Source of the DNA: an uncultured Planctomycetota bacterium
GTDB taxonomy: Bacteria > Planctomycetota > Planctomycetia > Isosphaerales > Isosphaeraceae
Reading direction: 5' to 3'
Assembly: GCA_963737655.1 (NCBI GenBank)
Contig: CAVTTN010000002.1
Location: forward strand, 5,216,001-5,280,000
DNA: 64,000 nt
A program made the position numbers and the translations under genes. The notes beneath the pieces were generated by a model. The model made no database searches, was not told the DNA's origin, and saw only the letters and a list, made by a program, of their open reading frames with translations. Shown piece after piece: positions 9,149 through 20,980 of this stretch; position 1 is the stretch's first letter; every line of letters begins with the position of its first letter.

Positions 9149-11586
9149 TCATGCCCCCGACACGGGATTCCTCGGCCGATAGGCCCGGGTCAGCGCGCGG
9201 TCGAGCTGGTCGGGGACTTCGACCCCGAGGTTGAACAGGCTGCTGTTGAAGGCCCCGGCATCGTCGAAGTTCGATTGCTGCGCGGTGCCCGCGTCCCAGA
9301 TGATGTATCTTTGATTGTTCAGGTTGTCAAAATACGTGACCGCCAGGCTGTTGTTCGTGTACAGCCAGATGGCCAGGATGAGCTTGGTGGCCGGTCCCGG
9401 GCCGTTGAAGGGCGGGACCAGCAGCTCAATCTGCTTGTTGGGCATGCCCTGGATCGCCAGTTGCCCGGCGGACCGCGAGCGGATCGAGGGGACGACCACC
9501 AGGCGATACAGGCCCAGCGGGATGCTCCGGGGCGCCGCCGCGGGCTCCCCGGCGCGGCCTTCATCCCGGCGATGGCGTCCTTCCACATCTCGCGGAGCTC
9601 GCCCAGGTTCAGGCGGAGCGGGTCGGGGTTGATCAGGCGGACGAAGTTCCTCGTGGGCTGGTCCACCTTCAGGTCGTGGAAGCTCGCGGCGCTGATGCCC
9701 ATCCTCAAGCCCGCCGCCTCGGCGTCGGCCGGTCCCGGGGGCGGCTCGGCCTCGACGGACTGGGGCTCGATCTCGACGACCGCCTCATCGACGATCCTGG
9801 CGAGCGAGATATCCAGCTCCCGGACCACCTGCGCCGGAACCGCCACGCGGATGGCCTTGTCGAGCCTGACCCCGGCGTCGCCGACGTGGAGGATCGAGCC
9901 GCACACCGCGTCCCAGAACGCTTCGGTCCCGGATCGCAACTGCCGCTGACGCCTCGCCCGTTCGATCAACGGATAGACGACCTCCGGCCAGATCTCGACG
10001 CTCGCCGGGTCTCTCCACGCCGATTTCGTGGCGTATTTGAGCACCGCGAGCCGGAATTCCGGCTTGCCTCGCCAGACCTCCGTGACCTTGTTCCAGCGCT
10101 CGACCAGGAGGTCATCGACCTCGGTCCGCTCGGGGGCGAGGCGGCGGAGGTCCTCGAGGACCTGGGGCATCAGCCCGGGGTTCAGCACGCCCTGGGCGTC
10201 GCTCATGCTCTCGGCGGCGTACGGGCTGGCCAGCCGGAGTTGCTGGCGGAGCTGGCGGAACCTCTTGCGCTTGCCCGGGGTGTCGCGCTGGGCCAGGTAC
10301 TTGGCCAGGATCGTCGGGCCGAGCAGGGGGCGGACGTCGGGCCGGGCCTCCAGCAACGGGGCGACGCCCTCGACGTCGATCTCCGGGGGGGCGTCGGGCA
10401 GGGTCAACGCCGTCATGGCCAGGAGCAGCCGGGCCCGGTCGGCGTTCAGGGGGTCGAGCGGCCGGCGGAGGAGGAACCCCCGGCGGCGAGAGCCTCCCAG
10501 GAGGTAGGCCAGGTAATGGCCGTGGAGGTATCGCTCGTCGGGCGACAGGGCGACGGGCTCGGCCGTGATGGCGTCGATCAGCGAGCGGGCCAGGTCGCGG
10601 CCGACCTTCGCCGAGGGGGCCAGGGCCTCCGATCTCGGGCCCACGGCCATCGCCGACGACGGTGCCGGCGCCGCCGCGGCCGATCCCGACCGCCCCGAGC
10701 CGGCCATGCTCGGCGGGCCGCCCGACGACCCGACCGACGGCGCCGAGGCTTCGGCCAGGGGCTGGGTCGCCGAGTCGCCCCCGCCGGTGGCGCCGGCCAG
10801 GATCAGGGCCCGGAGCCGGTCGGCCACCTCCCGGCCCGAGCCGGGGCGGTCGCCGGGGTTCTTGGCCATCAGGTTGGTGATCAGGGCCTCCAGGGGGAGC
10901 GAGACCTCCGGCACCTGATCGCGGAGGGACCGGGCCTCGGCGTTGATGTGCTGGGCCAGGACCATCATCACCGGCCCGGCGAACGGCGGGACGCCCGCCA
11001 CGCATTCATACAGGATGATCCCCAGGGCGTAGAGGTCCGTCCGGTGGTCGAGCTTCTTCCCCTTGGCCTGTTCCGGGCTCATATAATGCGGGGTGCCCCG
11101 GACGATCCCCGATTCCTGGGTCGCGTCGGACAGCAAGGACAGGCCGAAGTCCGAGAGCTTCGCCGTGTCCGAGGCGGTCAGCAGCACGTTCGCCGGCTTC
11201 ACGTCGCGGTGGATCACCCCCTGGCGATGGGCGTAGTCCAAAGCGTCGGCCGTCTGGGCCACCACGCGGAGGCGGTCGCTCAGGGTGAGCTTCTTGAGCC
11301 TCTTCGCGAAGCTGGAGCCGTCCACTTCCTCCATGATGAAGTAGTACGTCTGGTCGTCGGCGCTGAAGTCATAGAGCCGGACGACGTTCTCGTGGACGAG
11401 CCGGGCGAGGATCTGGGCCTCCAGGCGGATCTTGCGGCCCACCTCCTCGCCGGTCAGGTCCTTCAGGACCTTGATCGCCACCGAGCGTTCCAGGACCGAA
11501 TCGCGGGCGCGGTACACCGCCCCCATCCCGCCCCGGCCGAGCTCCTTCTCCAGGGTGAACCGGCCGTTCAGGGTGGTCCCGATCAC
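9149..11586 (-). CDS. Hanks-type Ser/Thr protein kinase (frameshift near 9550)
   Basis: LGRGGMGAVY, VAIK, HRDVKPAN, DFG, GTPHYMSPE; C-terminus continues in ORF 9149-9586. Confidence 0.9.
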
Positions 11587-11774
11587 TGGCGTTCTCTCCC
11601 CGAAGCCGCCTCGTCGCGCCGATCGCACCGATCATAAAGCCCGACAGCCGGACGGACAACGCTCCGAGACCCCGACCCGGCCGATTTGGGGGATTCTCCA
11701 AGCCGACGGGCCGGCCGGGGCCGACAATAGGCAAGGCAGAGCCCCTCCCCCGGACCGTCCCGGCGAGACCGATC

Positions 11775-12400
11775 ATGAGCGCCCCGAACCCCACGCCCGT
11801 TTTGGTCATCCCCACGGCCGATCTCGGAAGGATCGGCGCGTTCCAGGGGTTCCGCCCGGCCGTCGAGGCCGACCTGGCCGTTCTGCTCGGGCCGGGCTCG
11901 GCCGGTTCGTCCCTCGCTATCTGGCCGAGGACGACCCAGGCCTCAAGCAGATCATCCCTTACGTCGTCTTCCGCTCGGAAGATCGGGTCTTCGCCTACAC
12001 CCGGGGGACGTCTCAGGGCGAATCCCGGCTCCATCACCGGATGTCGATCGGCGTGGGCGGCCACGTGGACGAGGAGGACGCCGACGGCCTGGCCACCCTG
12101 GACGCCTACCACGTCGCCCTCCGTCGGGAGCTTGACGAGGAGATCGTCCTGGGCTCGCCGGGACGGATGTCCCTGATCGGCCTGATCAACGACGACTCGA
12201 CCCCGGTGGGCCGGGTCCACCTGGGCGTCGTCCACCTCTATGAGCTCGACCGGCCGGAGGTCCAGCCTCGCGAGGATGGGTTGGCCGACGCCGGATTCCT
12301 GCCGATCCCGGAGGCTCTGGCCCTTCGAGACCGGTTCGAGACCTGGTCGCAGCTCTCCCTGGACGCCCTGGCCGAGACGCCGGGCCAACTCCCTGTGTAG
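11775..12400 (+). CDS. Predicted NUDIX-like phosphoesterase, COG4112/YmaB-like (frameshift near 11905)
   Basis: EDDPGLKQIIPY, ESRLH..MSIGVGGHV, RELDEE, INDDSTPVGRVHLG, FETWSQ. Confidence 0.8.
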
Positions 12401-12461
12401 GGCAGGCCTCGGCCTGCCGATCCACATCGGCGCGAAGACGGCAGGCCGAGGCCTGCCCTAC
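12397..12461. repeat. REP family B inverted pair (GTAGGGCAGGCCTCGGCCTGCC)
   Basis: 12397-12418 and its exact reverse complement 12440-12461; TAG is the stop of the upstream gene. Confidence 0.9.
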
Positions 12462-12485
12462 CTGGTCGCGACGGCTCGCGGTCCC

Positions 12486-12719
12486 TTACCAGACCAGCGA
12501 TAGGTGGAACCCGACGAAGCTCTGGAGGACGACCAGGCCGATCACGCAGCCGGCCAGGACCAGGAGCAATTCGCCCGCGTTCTCCGCGGCCCGGACCATC
12601 CCGGCCCTCTTGGAGAGGTCCACCACCCCGCTCCGGACCGCCATCGCCGCCCCGAGGACGAAGAGGGCCAGGATCGGCCCAAAGATCGCCAGAGACTTCA
12701 TCACGACCGCGCTTGCCAT
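12486..12719 (-). CDS. Small two-TM membrane protein
   Basis: 77 aa with two hydrophobic segments. Confidence 0.6.
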   Translation of the reverse strand: MASAVVMKSLAIFGPILALFVLGAAMAVRSGVVDLSKRAGMVRAAENAGELLLVLAGCVIGLVVLQSFVGFHLSLVW

Positions 12720-12910
12720 GATCCCGAGACTCCCCGCCGGCCCCCTTCGTCCTGATCGAGGCGTGGCGTCTGGTCTACCGCAATCCTGGTGCCAATCCCT
12801 CCGCCCTGCCCGGGGGCGAGACGGCCCATTCTCTCAGGATAGGCCGCCGAACTTGAGAAAATTCGCCGATCTTCGCGCGGAATTTGCGAAGACCTTGCCG
12901 ATTTTGCCGA

Positions 12911-13696
12911 TCAGGCCATCGCGTCCGGCTCCGGCAGGCCGAACAGGCGACGGGCGTTCTCGGTCGTCGCGGCGGCGAGGGCCTCGAACGGAATGCCCCG
13001 GACCTCCGCCAGCGCCCGGGCCGTCACGGCCACCCTCGCCGGCTCATTGGTCTTCCCCCGGAACGGGTGAGGGCTCAGATATGGGCTGTCGGTTTCCACC
13101 AGGAGGCGATCCAGGGGCACGGATCGGGCGGCGTCCCGCAAGGGGTCGAGCGCCTTGTTCTCGAACGTGACCATCCCGGCGAAGGAAATGTCAAGCCCAA
13201 GCTCCAGAAGGATTTGCGCCTCGTCTCGAGTGCCCGTGAACGAGTGCTGGACCCCTCGGACGGCCCCTCCGAACTCGCGGACGGCCGCGATCACCTCGGC
13301 CTGGCAGTCCCGGCTGTGGATCACGACCGGCAGGCCCGTCTCGATCGAGAGCTCGAGGTGGCGGCGGAACCAGTCCTGCTGGACGGGGAACGGGACGCGG
13401 TCCCAGTAGCGATCCAGGCCGGTCTCCCCCAGGGCGACGACCTTCGGCGACCTCGCCAGGGCGACGACCCGGGCCCAATCCTCGTCGGTCGCGTCGCCCG
13501 AGTCGTTGGGGTGGATGCCGACCGAGGCGAACACGCCCTCGAAGCGATCGGCCAGCGCGACGACCCGGGCGCTGTCCTCGGCCGTGGTGGCGATGGCGAC
13601 GACCTGGACCACGCCGGCCTGCCTCGCCCGGTCCACGACGGCCGCCACGTCCCCCAGCTTCGGCGAATCGAGGTGAGCGTGGGTGTCGATCAGCAT
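12911..13696 (-). CDS. tatD: TatD family hydrolase
   Basis: LIDTHAHL, GIHP, ALGETGLD, PVVIHSR, HSFTG, LLVETDSPYL. Confidence 0.95.
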   Translation of the reverse strand: MLIDTHAHLDSPKLGDVAAVVDRARQAGVVQVVAIATTAEDSARVVALADRFEGVFASVGIHPNDSGDATDEDWARVVALARSPKVVALGETGLDRYWDRVPFPVQQDWFRRHLELSIETGLPVVIHSRDCQAEVIAAVREFGGAVRGVQHSFTGTRDEAQILLELGLDISFAGMVTFENKALDPLRDAARSVPLDRLLVETDSPYLSPHPFRGKTNEPARVAVTARALAEVRGIPFEALAAATTENARRLFGLPEPDAMA

Positions 13697-13697
13697 C

Positions 13698-14150
13698 TCA
13701 CGCCCCGGTCTCGAAGTGGCCGAGGAGTTCCAGCCGGTAGCCGGTCAGGCGGAAGCCCCGCTCCTTCAGCAGTCGGGCGAGCTCGGGGTCGAGCCGGGCC
13801 AGGAGCTCGGGGTCGAACGGGGTGGGGAGGTCCTCGACCCGGCCGGTCCGGACGTCCCGGAGGTGGTAATGCTCCTCGCCCCGGGCGTCGTACCGGGCCG
13901 AGCCGTCGCCGCTGGGGAGCTTGGTCACCAGGCCCGAGGCGACCAGCGCCTCCAGGGCCTTGTAGACCGTGGCCAGGCTGATGGCCGGGACCTCCCGGCG
14001 GACGGCCCGATAGACGTCCTCGGCGGTGGGGTGGTCGCGTTCGGCCCGGACCAGGGACTCATACACGGCGAGCCTCTGCCGGGTGAACCGCCAGCCGGCG
14101 GCCTCCAGGGCGGCCCGGAGGGCGTCGGGATCGAGGGCGGCGGAGGACAT
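13698..14150 (-). CDS. Fur family (PerR/Irr-like) regulator
   Basis: RFTRQRLAV, HPTAEDVY, ISLATVYKAL, RYDA...HYH. Confidence 0.9.
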   Translation of the reverse strand: MSSAALDPDALRAALEAAGWRFTRQRLAVYESLVRAERDHPTAEDVYRAVRREVPAISLATVYKALEALVASGLVTKLPSGDGSARYDARGEEHYHLRDVRTGRVEDLPTPFDPELLARLDPELARLLKERGFRLTGYRLELLGHFETGA

Positions 14151-14246
14151 CGCGGACGATCACCCCTTCCCCGGACATCGGCCGACGACGGCGGCCGGCG
14201 AGCCATGACATGAAAGGGGGCCGACCCACTCTCGACTCGTCATTCC

Positions 14247-14289
14247 ATTGTTCGGCTCCTTGACAGGGATGTCAACCTCCTGTTACCTT
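14247..14289. promoter_or_regulatory. Palindromic TTGACA-N4-TGTCAA; probable back-to-back sigma70 promoters for the fur-tatD and nusA operons
   Basis: TTGACA 14260-14265 then TG-n-TACCTT 14281-14289 (+); TTGACA 14275-14270 then N17-AACAAT (-). Confidence 0.5.
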
Positions 14290-14650
14290 CGTCGTCGGGG
14301 CCGTTTGCGACCGATCAGAGGGGGTGCGCGGGCCGGAGGGTTCGGGGTCGAATCGACCCGGACGACCGGCCCGAAGGGGCGATCCCGCCGCATCGGTGTC
14401 GGCCGACGGCCCCGGTCCCCTCCCTCCGCGAAGCCGCGACCGGGGTGCCCGGGCCCCTCTTGCGGGGCCTTCGGCCCTCGTCTCGGTCGGAGGAGGGATC
14501 GTCCCGAGGAGGCGTCGCGCCGGCCGTCCCATCGGTCCGGGTGGCCGCGGCGATGAGGATCGGACCTCGCCCCTCGGGGCGGGGCCTCGGCCCTCTCGAT
14601 CCGTTCCGGCCCCGACGGGCTTCCGCCGTCGGATCGCCTCGGAGGCTCCC

Positions 14651-16312
14651 ATGAGCGTCGATCTCGTCCGAATCGTCGATAGCATCCACCGAGACAAGAA
14701 CATCCCCAAGGAAATCTTGTTCGAGGGGATCGAGTCGGCGCTCGCCACCGCGGCCAAGAAGCACTATCCCGACGCCGAGGTGGCCGTCCAGATCGACCCG
14801 GAGTCCGGCAAGATCCGCACCACGGCCGACGGCGCGCCCGTCGACCCCCCCGAGTTCGGCCGGATCGCCGCCCAGACCGCCAAGCAGGTCATCATCCAGA
14901 AGATCCGCGAGGCCGAACGCGATAGTCTCTTCGACGAGTTCGAAGACCAACGCGGAGACCTCGTCACCGGCACCGTCCAGAGGTTCGAGGGCGGCGCCGT
15001 CACCGTCAACCTGGGCAAGACCGACGCCTTGCTCCCCCGCTCCGAGCAGATCCCCGGCGAGAGCCACCACCCCGGCGAGCGCGTCCGGGCCATCATCCTG
15101 GATGTCCGCAAGGTCGGACAGCGGGTCAAGATCATCCTGAGCCGGACCCACCCCGACTTCGTCCGCCGCCTCTTCGAGCTGGAGATCCCCGAGATCGCCG
15201 ACCAGATCATCAGCATCCGGGCGCTCGCGAGAGAGGCCGGCTACCGCTCCAAGGTGGCCGTCACGTCGCTGGATTCCAAGGTCGATGCCGTGGGGGCCTG
15301 CGTGGGCGTCCGGGGGACGCGGATCAAGAACATCGTCGACGAGCTGGGCGGCGAGCGGATCGACATCGTCCGCTGGAACGAATCGCTGCAAGTCCTGATC
15401 CCCAACGCCCTCCAGCCGGCCGAGATCGACGAGGTGATGCTCTGCCAGCTCCTGGGCCGGGCGATCGTGCTGGTGAGGGAAGACCAGCTCAGCCTGGCCA
15501 TCGGCCGGCGGGGGCAGAACGTCCGGCTGGCGTCGAAGCTGGTGGGCTGGGACATCGAGATCATGACCTCCGAGGAGCTCGACGAGCTGATCGAGAAGGC
15601 CGTCGGGATGTTCACCAAGATCGAAGGGGTGGAGACCGAGCTGGCCGAACGGCTCGTCGAGCAGGGCATCCTCAGCTACGATGACCTGTCGGTCATGGAA
15701 ATCGACGACCTGGTGAACACAATTGAGGGTCTGGACGAAGAAAGGGCCGTCGAGGTCGTCGGCCGGGCGGAGACCCTGGCCGAGGAGCAGACCGAGGAGA
15801 TGCCCCGGAGGAAGGGGGCCCGTCCCCCCCAGCCCTCCCCCGCCGAGGCCCCCGCGCCCCCGGCCGAAGGCGACGGGCCCGAACCGGCCGCCGCCGGCCG
15901 GCCGACCCTCGACGACCTCTTCGGCGACGGCGGCCCGACCGAAACCGACAACGACAGCGACCTTGATAGTGACAGCGACCCCCGAGACCCGGCGACCGAG
16001 CCCGACGAGACCGGGCTGGACCTGCCGCCCGAGGACGACGAGCTTCGCGACCTCGCCCTGGCCAGCGAACTGTTTCCCGGCGACGGCCGGGAAGTCACGG
16101 CGCCGCCCAGCGACGCCGACCAATCGGAGACCGAACGGATCGTGACCGAAGCGGTGGAGGCGGGGCCGACCCCGCAAGAGATCGAAGCCCACGAGGCCGG
16201 GGACGGGCCCAACCGCCCCCCCCTGCCGACTTTCGACCCCTCCTCGACCGGCTCGGGGGGGGTTACCCACGCGGACCCCGACAGACGAGACCCGGACATG
16301 AACCAGCCATGA
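14651..16312 (+). CDS. nusA: Transcription termination factor NusA with acidic C-terminal tail
   Basis: [65 protein letters not shown]. Confidence 0.97.
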   Translation: MSVDLVRIVDSIHRDKNIPKEILFEGIESALATAAKKHYPDAEVAVQIDPESGKIRTTADGAPVDPPEFGRIAAQTAKQVIIQKIREAERDSLFDEFEDQRGDLVTGTVQRFEGGAVTVNLGKTDALLPRSEQIPGESHHPGERVRAIILDVRKVGQRVKIILSRTHPDFVRRLFELEIPEIADQIISIRALAREAGYRSKVAVTSLDSKVDAVGACVGVRGTRIKNIVDELGGERIDIVRWNESLQVLIPNALQPAEIDEVMLCQLLGRAIVLVREDQLSLAIGRRGQNVRLASKLVGWDIEIMTSEELDELIEKAVGMFTKIEGVETELAERLVEQGILSYDDLSVMEIDDLVNTIEGLDEERAVEVVGRAETLAEEQTEEMPRRKGARPPQPSPAEAPAPPAEGDGPEPAAAGRPTLDDLFGDGGPTETDNDSDLDSDSDPRDPATEPDETGLDLPPEDDELRDLALASELFPGDGREVTAPPSDADQSETERIVTEAVEAGPTPQEIEAHEAGDGPNRPPLPTFDPSSTGSGGVTHADPDRRDPDMNQP

Positions 16313-16523
16313 GGCCCCCGACGGCCCCCTTCCGGGCCGGTCGCGCGTCCCGCCTCCCCTCCTCCTGACTCGGTCGGACTCGCCGCGAGGCGGTCTGGCG
16401 GGCCCGGGGTGGGGATTCTGGGCTTGGCACGACCGCTCGGCGGAGTTCACAATACCGAACCGGCCCGCCCGGCCCGAGGGCCCGTCCCTCGGCCGGGTGT
16501 CGTCGCCACAGGAGGAGTCGCCT

Positions 16524-19500
16524 TTGTCCACGCGTGTCCATGAGTTGGCCAAGGAATTGGGGCTGAAGAGCCCGGAGCTGCTGGACCGAATCCAGAAGGC
16601 GGGCCTGGACGTCAAGGCCAGTGCCCTGGCGGTCGTCGAGCCGGCCATGGTCGATCGGATCCGGAAGATGATCCAGGGGTCCGCCCCGACGGCCCCGGCG
16701 ACGCCTCGCCCCGGCCCATCCACCCCCGCGGAGAAGCCCGCCATCGCCCCTTCCTCGACCCTCGCCCCGGAGCGCAAGGCCCCGCCGGCGACCCCCTCCG
16801 CGACGGCCGGCCCGGCCGTCGCGGCCCCCTCGGCGCCGAAGCCGTCGCCCGCCCCTCCGGCCGATCGGCCCTCGCCCGAGCCGCCCCCGGCGGCCCCCGC
16901 CCGCCCGGTCCAGGCCCACGGCCCCGCCCCCGTCGCCCCGACGCCGGCCCCGCCGACCTCGACCTCGACCTCGGCCCCCGCACCGGCCCCGGCCCCGATC
17001 GCCGCCCGACCGGGCCCCGGCCTGACCGCCCCGCCGACGGCCGCCTCGGCCGGGCCGATGACCGGCCCCCCGGCCGCCGGCCCCCGCCCCGCGGCCACCG
17101 GCCCCCAGCCCCGGGTCGGCGGCTCGGGCCTCACGGCGCCCCCCCGGAGCGGGAGCGGCCCCCTGTCCGGCCACACCCGCGCCGGAGGACCCGGCACCGG
17201 CCCCCTGACGCGCCCCGGATCGCCCGGAGGAGGCCCGTCCGGCCCGCCGTCGCCGTCCTCCTCGGGCTCGGAGCCCCGGCCCAACCCCTCGGGCCCTCCT
17301 CCGTTGCGGAGGAGCGACTACATCTCGCCGACCGGCACCCGCGCCGATGGGATCGCGGCCGGGCTCGGCCCCGCCCTCGGGGTCCACGCCGCCGGTCCGC
17401 CGGTCCAACGACGGCGGAGGGGACGGCGGCCCCCGCCGCGACTCGATGCCGCCCCGGCCCTCCGGCGGCAACCGCCCGTTGCCCCCGGTCTCGTCGCAGA
17501 CCGGCTCGTCGCCTCCGCCCCGACGGCCCGACGGCCCCAGGCCGCAGGCCCCCGAGGCCAAGGGCCCCCGGCCGGAGATGAAGTTCACGCCCGACCAGTG
17601 GCGGCAGATGGCCCAGTCCGGCCAGTTGCCGACCTCCGGCCCGGCGACGGGCCCGGGTCGACCCGGCGCCCCGGGCCGACCGGGGATGGGCCCGCGGACC
17701 GGCCCCTCCGGCTTCGGCGCCGGCCCGGCCGGTCCCGGAGGGATGGCCGCCCGAGGCCCCGCCGGCCCCGGCCTGCGTCGCCCGCCGGCCCCCGGCTCGG
17801 GCCCCGGCGGACCCGGCCCGGGTGGCGGGCCCGGCCCCGGCGGGATGATGCCCCCTCCCCCGGTCATCGATGAGGAGGAGGAGAAGAAGGGCAAGGCCGG
17901 AGGCCGGCTCGGCTCGGCCGCCGACCGCGCCGGCCGTCGCGCCAAGAGGGACGCCCGGACCGTCGAGCGGCGGGGGATCTCCTCGCCCGTGCCCGTCTCG
18001 GCCCTGACCTCCGAGGAGGACTCCGACGGCCGATCCCGATCCCGAGGGGCCCGGCGAGGCCACGGCCACAAGGGGCATCATCGCTCGGTGATGGCCCCGG
18101 TCCGCAAGACCCACGCCGAGGTCGAGCCCCCGGTCACCATCCGGGCCCTGTCCGAGGCCATCGGCATCCCCGCCAACCAGATCATCAAGAAGCTGTTCAA
18201 CCTCGGCCAGCTCGTCACCATCAACTCCGTCCTGGAGGACGAGATGGCGATGGAGATGGCCCTGGAGTTCGGCGTCGAGCTCGAGGTCGTCCACGAACGG
18301 ACGGCCGAGGACGAGATGCTCGACATGTTCGACGCCGAGCAGGACCAGGCCGACCTGGTCCTCCGGCCGCCGATCATCACGATCCTCGGCCACGTCGATC
18401 ACGGCAAGACGTCGCTCCTGGACAAGATCCGGCGGGCGAACGTCGTGGCGACGGAGTCCGGCGGGATCACCCAGCACATCGGCGCCTACCAGATCGAGCA
18501 CGAAGGCAAGAAGATCTCCTTCGTCGACACCCCCGGCCACGAGGCGTTCACCGCCATGAGGGCCCGGGGGGCGAACGTCACGGACATCGTCGTCCTGGTC
18601 GTCGCGGCCGACGACGGCGTGATGCCGCAGACCAAGGAGGCGATCGCCCACGCCAAGGCGGCCGAGGTGCCGGTGGTCGTGGCGCTGAACAAGATCGACC
18701 TGCCCGGGGCCGACACCCCGTCCAACATCAACAAGATCTACGGCGAACTGTCCCAGGAAGGGCTGATCCCCGAGGAATACGGCGGCGACACCCCGGTGGT
18801 GAAGACCTCCACCTTCACCGGCCAGGGCCTCTCCGACCTGCTCGCCACCCTCGACGCCATCGCCGAGCTCCACGAGCTCAAGGCCAACCCGGCCCGAGAC
18901 GCCACGGGCACCTGCCTGGAGTCGTCGAAGTCCGAGGGCCGGGGCGTCCTGGCGACGGTGTTGGTCCAGGACGGCACCCTGAGGGTCGGCGACGTGATGG
19001 TCTGCGGAGACGGCTTCGGCCGGGTCCGGGCCCTCTACGACGACAAGGGCCGGGCCGTCCTGGAAGCCGGCCCCAGCACCCCGGTGGAGATCTCCGGGCT
19101 CGACGAGGTCCCCACCGCCGGCGAGAAGTTCGCCGTGATCAACGACATCAGCCAGGCCCGGGAGATCGCCGAGACCCGCCGCGGCCGGTCCCGGGGCGCC
19201 AACCTCGCCGAGAGGCCCTCGATCACGCTCGAAAACCTCTTCACCAAGATGACCGAGCAGAAGGTCAAGAGCCTCAACCTGATCCTCAAGGCGGACGTCC
19301 AGGGGTCCCTGGAAGCCCTGACCAAGGAGCTGGAGAAGCTGGAGAACCCGGAGGTGCCGATCCGCGTCCTCCTGAAGGGCGTCGGCGGGATCGGCGAGAG
19401 CGACGTCTTGCTGGCCGACGCCAGCGAGGCGATCATCGTCGGCTTCCGCGTGGCCCCCGACGACAAGGCCATGAGCTTGGCCGACGAGAAGAAGATCGAC

Positions 19501-19884
19501 ATCCGCCGGTACGACATCATCTACCAGGTCACCGACGAGGTGAAGAAGGCCGTCGAGGGCATGCTGATCCCCGAGGTCAAGGAGGTCCACCTCGGCCGGG
19601 CGGTCGTCCGCCAGGTCTTCAAGATCTCCCGGGTCGGGACCGTCGCCGGCTGCTTCGTCACCCAGGGGACGATCGAGCGATCGGCCAAGGCGCGGATCAT
19701 CCGCGAGGGCCGAGAGATCTACAAGGGCCAGATCGACGCCCTCAAGCGGTTCAAGGAGGACGTCAAGGAGGTCGCCCAGGACTACGAGTGCGGCATCAAG
19801 GTCTCGAACTTCGACGACGTCAAGAACGACGACGTGATCGAGGCCTACCGCGTGGACGTGATCCGAAGGACGTTGCCTACCTAA
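16524..19884 (+). CDS. infB: Translation initiation factor IF-2 (frameshift near 17340 in the Pro/Gly-rich linker)
   Basis: GGAGG SD then [66 protein letters not shown]. Confidence 0.96.
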
Positions 19885-19892
19885 GCAAGTGA

Positions 19893-20075
19893 AGTGGGCA
19901 GTGGGCAGTGGGCGGTGGGCAGTGGGCAGTGGGTCGGATCGCCTTCGGCGGCATGGTTTTGAGAGGTCGAGTCTCCCAAATCCCCTTCTGCCCACTGCCC
20001 ACTGCCCACTGCCCACTGCCCACTGCCCACTGCCCACTGCCCACTGCCCACTGCCCACTGCCCACTGCCCACTGC
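19893..20075. repeat. Heptamer tandem repeats in inverted orientation, (AGTGGGC)x~6 ... (GCCCACT)x12
   Basis: Left array 19893-19933; 12 perfect units at 19990-20073. Confidence 0.95.
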
Positions 20076-20104
20076 TTGGTCCACTGCTCTCGGCCAGGAT
20101 TCCC

Positions 20105-20386
20105 ATGCCCGTCGTCTCGCTCGTCCTGGAGCTTCGACTGAGGGGCTGCTCGACGCCCCGGCAGAGGCGGGCGCTGGTCCAGGCGATCCTGGGGAAACTC
20201 CGCCGCCATTTCAACGTCGCCGGGGCCGACGTGGGCCCGGAAGACCGTCCGGGCGAGGCCGTCGTCGGGTTCGCCTCGGTCGGCCGGACCCGCCGGGAGG
20301 CGCGAGACCTCCTGGATCGCGTGGCCGAGGCGGTCGCCGCCCATCCCTCCGCCGAGGTCGCCCGCGCCGCCTTCGACGAACTGTGA
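20105..20386 (+). CDS. DUF503 (YlxP-like) protein
   Basis: [29 protein letters not shown]; conserved position between infB and rbfA. Confidence 0.8.
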   Translation: MPVVSLVLELRLRGCSTPRQRRALVQAILGKLRRHFNVAGADVGPEDRPGEAVVGFASVGRTRREARDLLDRVAEAVAAHPSAEVARAAFDEL

Positions 20387-20424
20387 ACCGCACCGCACCG
20401 CACCGCACCGCACCGCACCGCACC
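20387..20424 (+). repeat. (ACCGC)x7 pentamer simple repeat
   Basis: Read directly, between the DUF503 stop and rbfA start. Confidence 0.95.
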
Positions 20425-20453
20425 ACGATTCGAACCCCGGGGGACCTCCCCTC

Positions 20454-20917
20454 ATGCCGTCGCACCGAGCCCCCGCATTGCCGAGGCGATCCGCGAGGTC
20501 GTCTCCTCGGCGATCCTCTTCGATGTCAGCGACCCGAGGGTCAAGGGCGTGACGGTCCTGTCCGTCGAGGTCTCCTCGGACCTCCGCTCGGCCACGGCGT
20601 TCGTCTCCTTGATGGGCACGGAGGCCGAGCAGAAGCTCGCCATGAAGGGCCTCCAGCATGCCTGCGGGTTCCTCCAGGCCAAGGTCGCCGCCCGTCTCCA
20701 GACCCGGACCACCCCGGTCCTGAGGTTCCAGCGCGACGAAGGGGTCAAGAAGTCGATCGAGATCTCCAAGCTGATCGACGAGGCGATGGCCTCCGACCGC
20801 GAGGCCCGCAAGGCCCGGGAGGCCGCCTCCTCGGCCGGCTCGCCGACCCCGGACGAAGGCCCCGAAGCCGACCCCGAAGCCGAACCCGCCCCCGACGCCT
20901 CGCCTCCCCCGGGATAG
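20454..20917 (+). CDS. rbfA: Ribosome-binding factor A (frameshift near 20472)
   Basis: [42 protein letters not shown]. Confidence 0.92.
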
Positions 20918-20980
20918 CCCCTTCCTTCGCGACCGACAGCCCCGCTCCCGCCCCAGCCCCCTCTTCGAGAGCCCGCCATC

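Noticed and set aside
14315..20418. Very long antisense ORFs (989 aa, 1095 aa) and similar shadows throughout the window
   Set aside because: Expected on the reverse strand of high-GC genes; they show no recognisable motifs and overlap confident genes.
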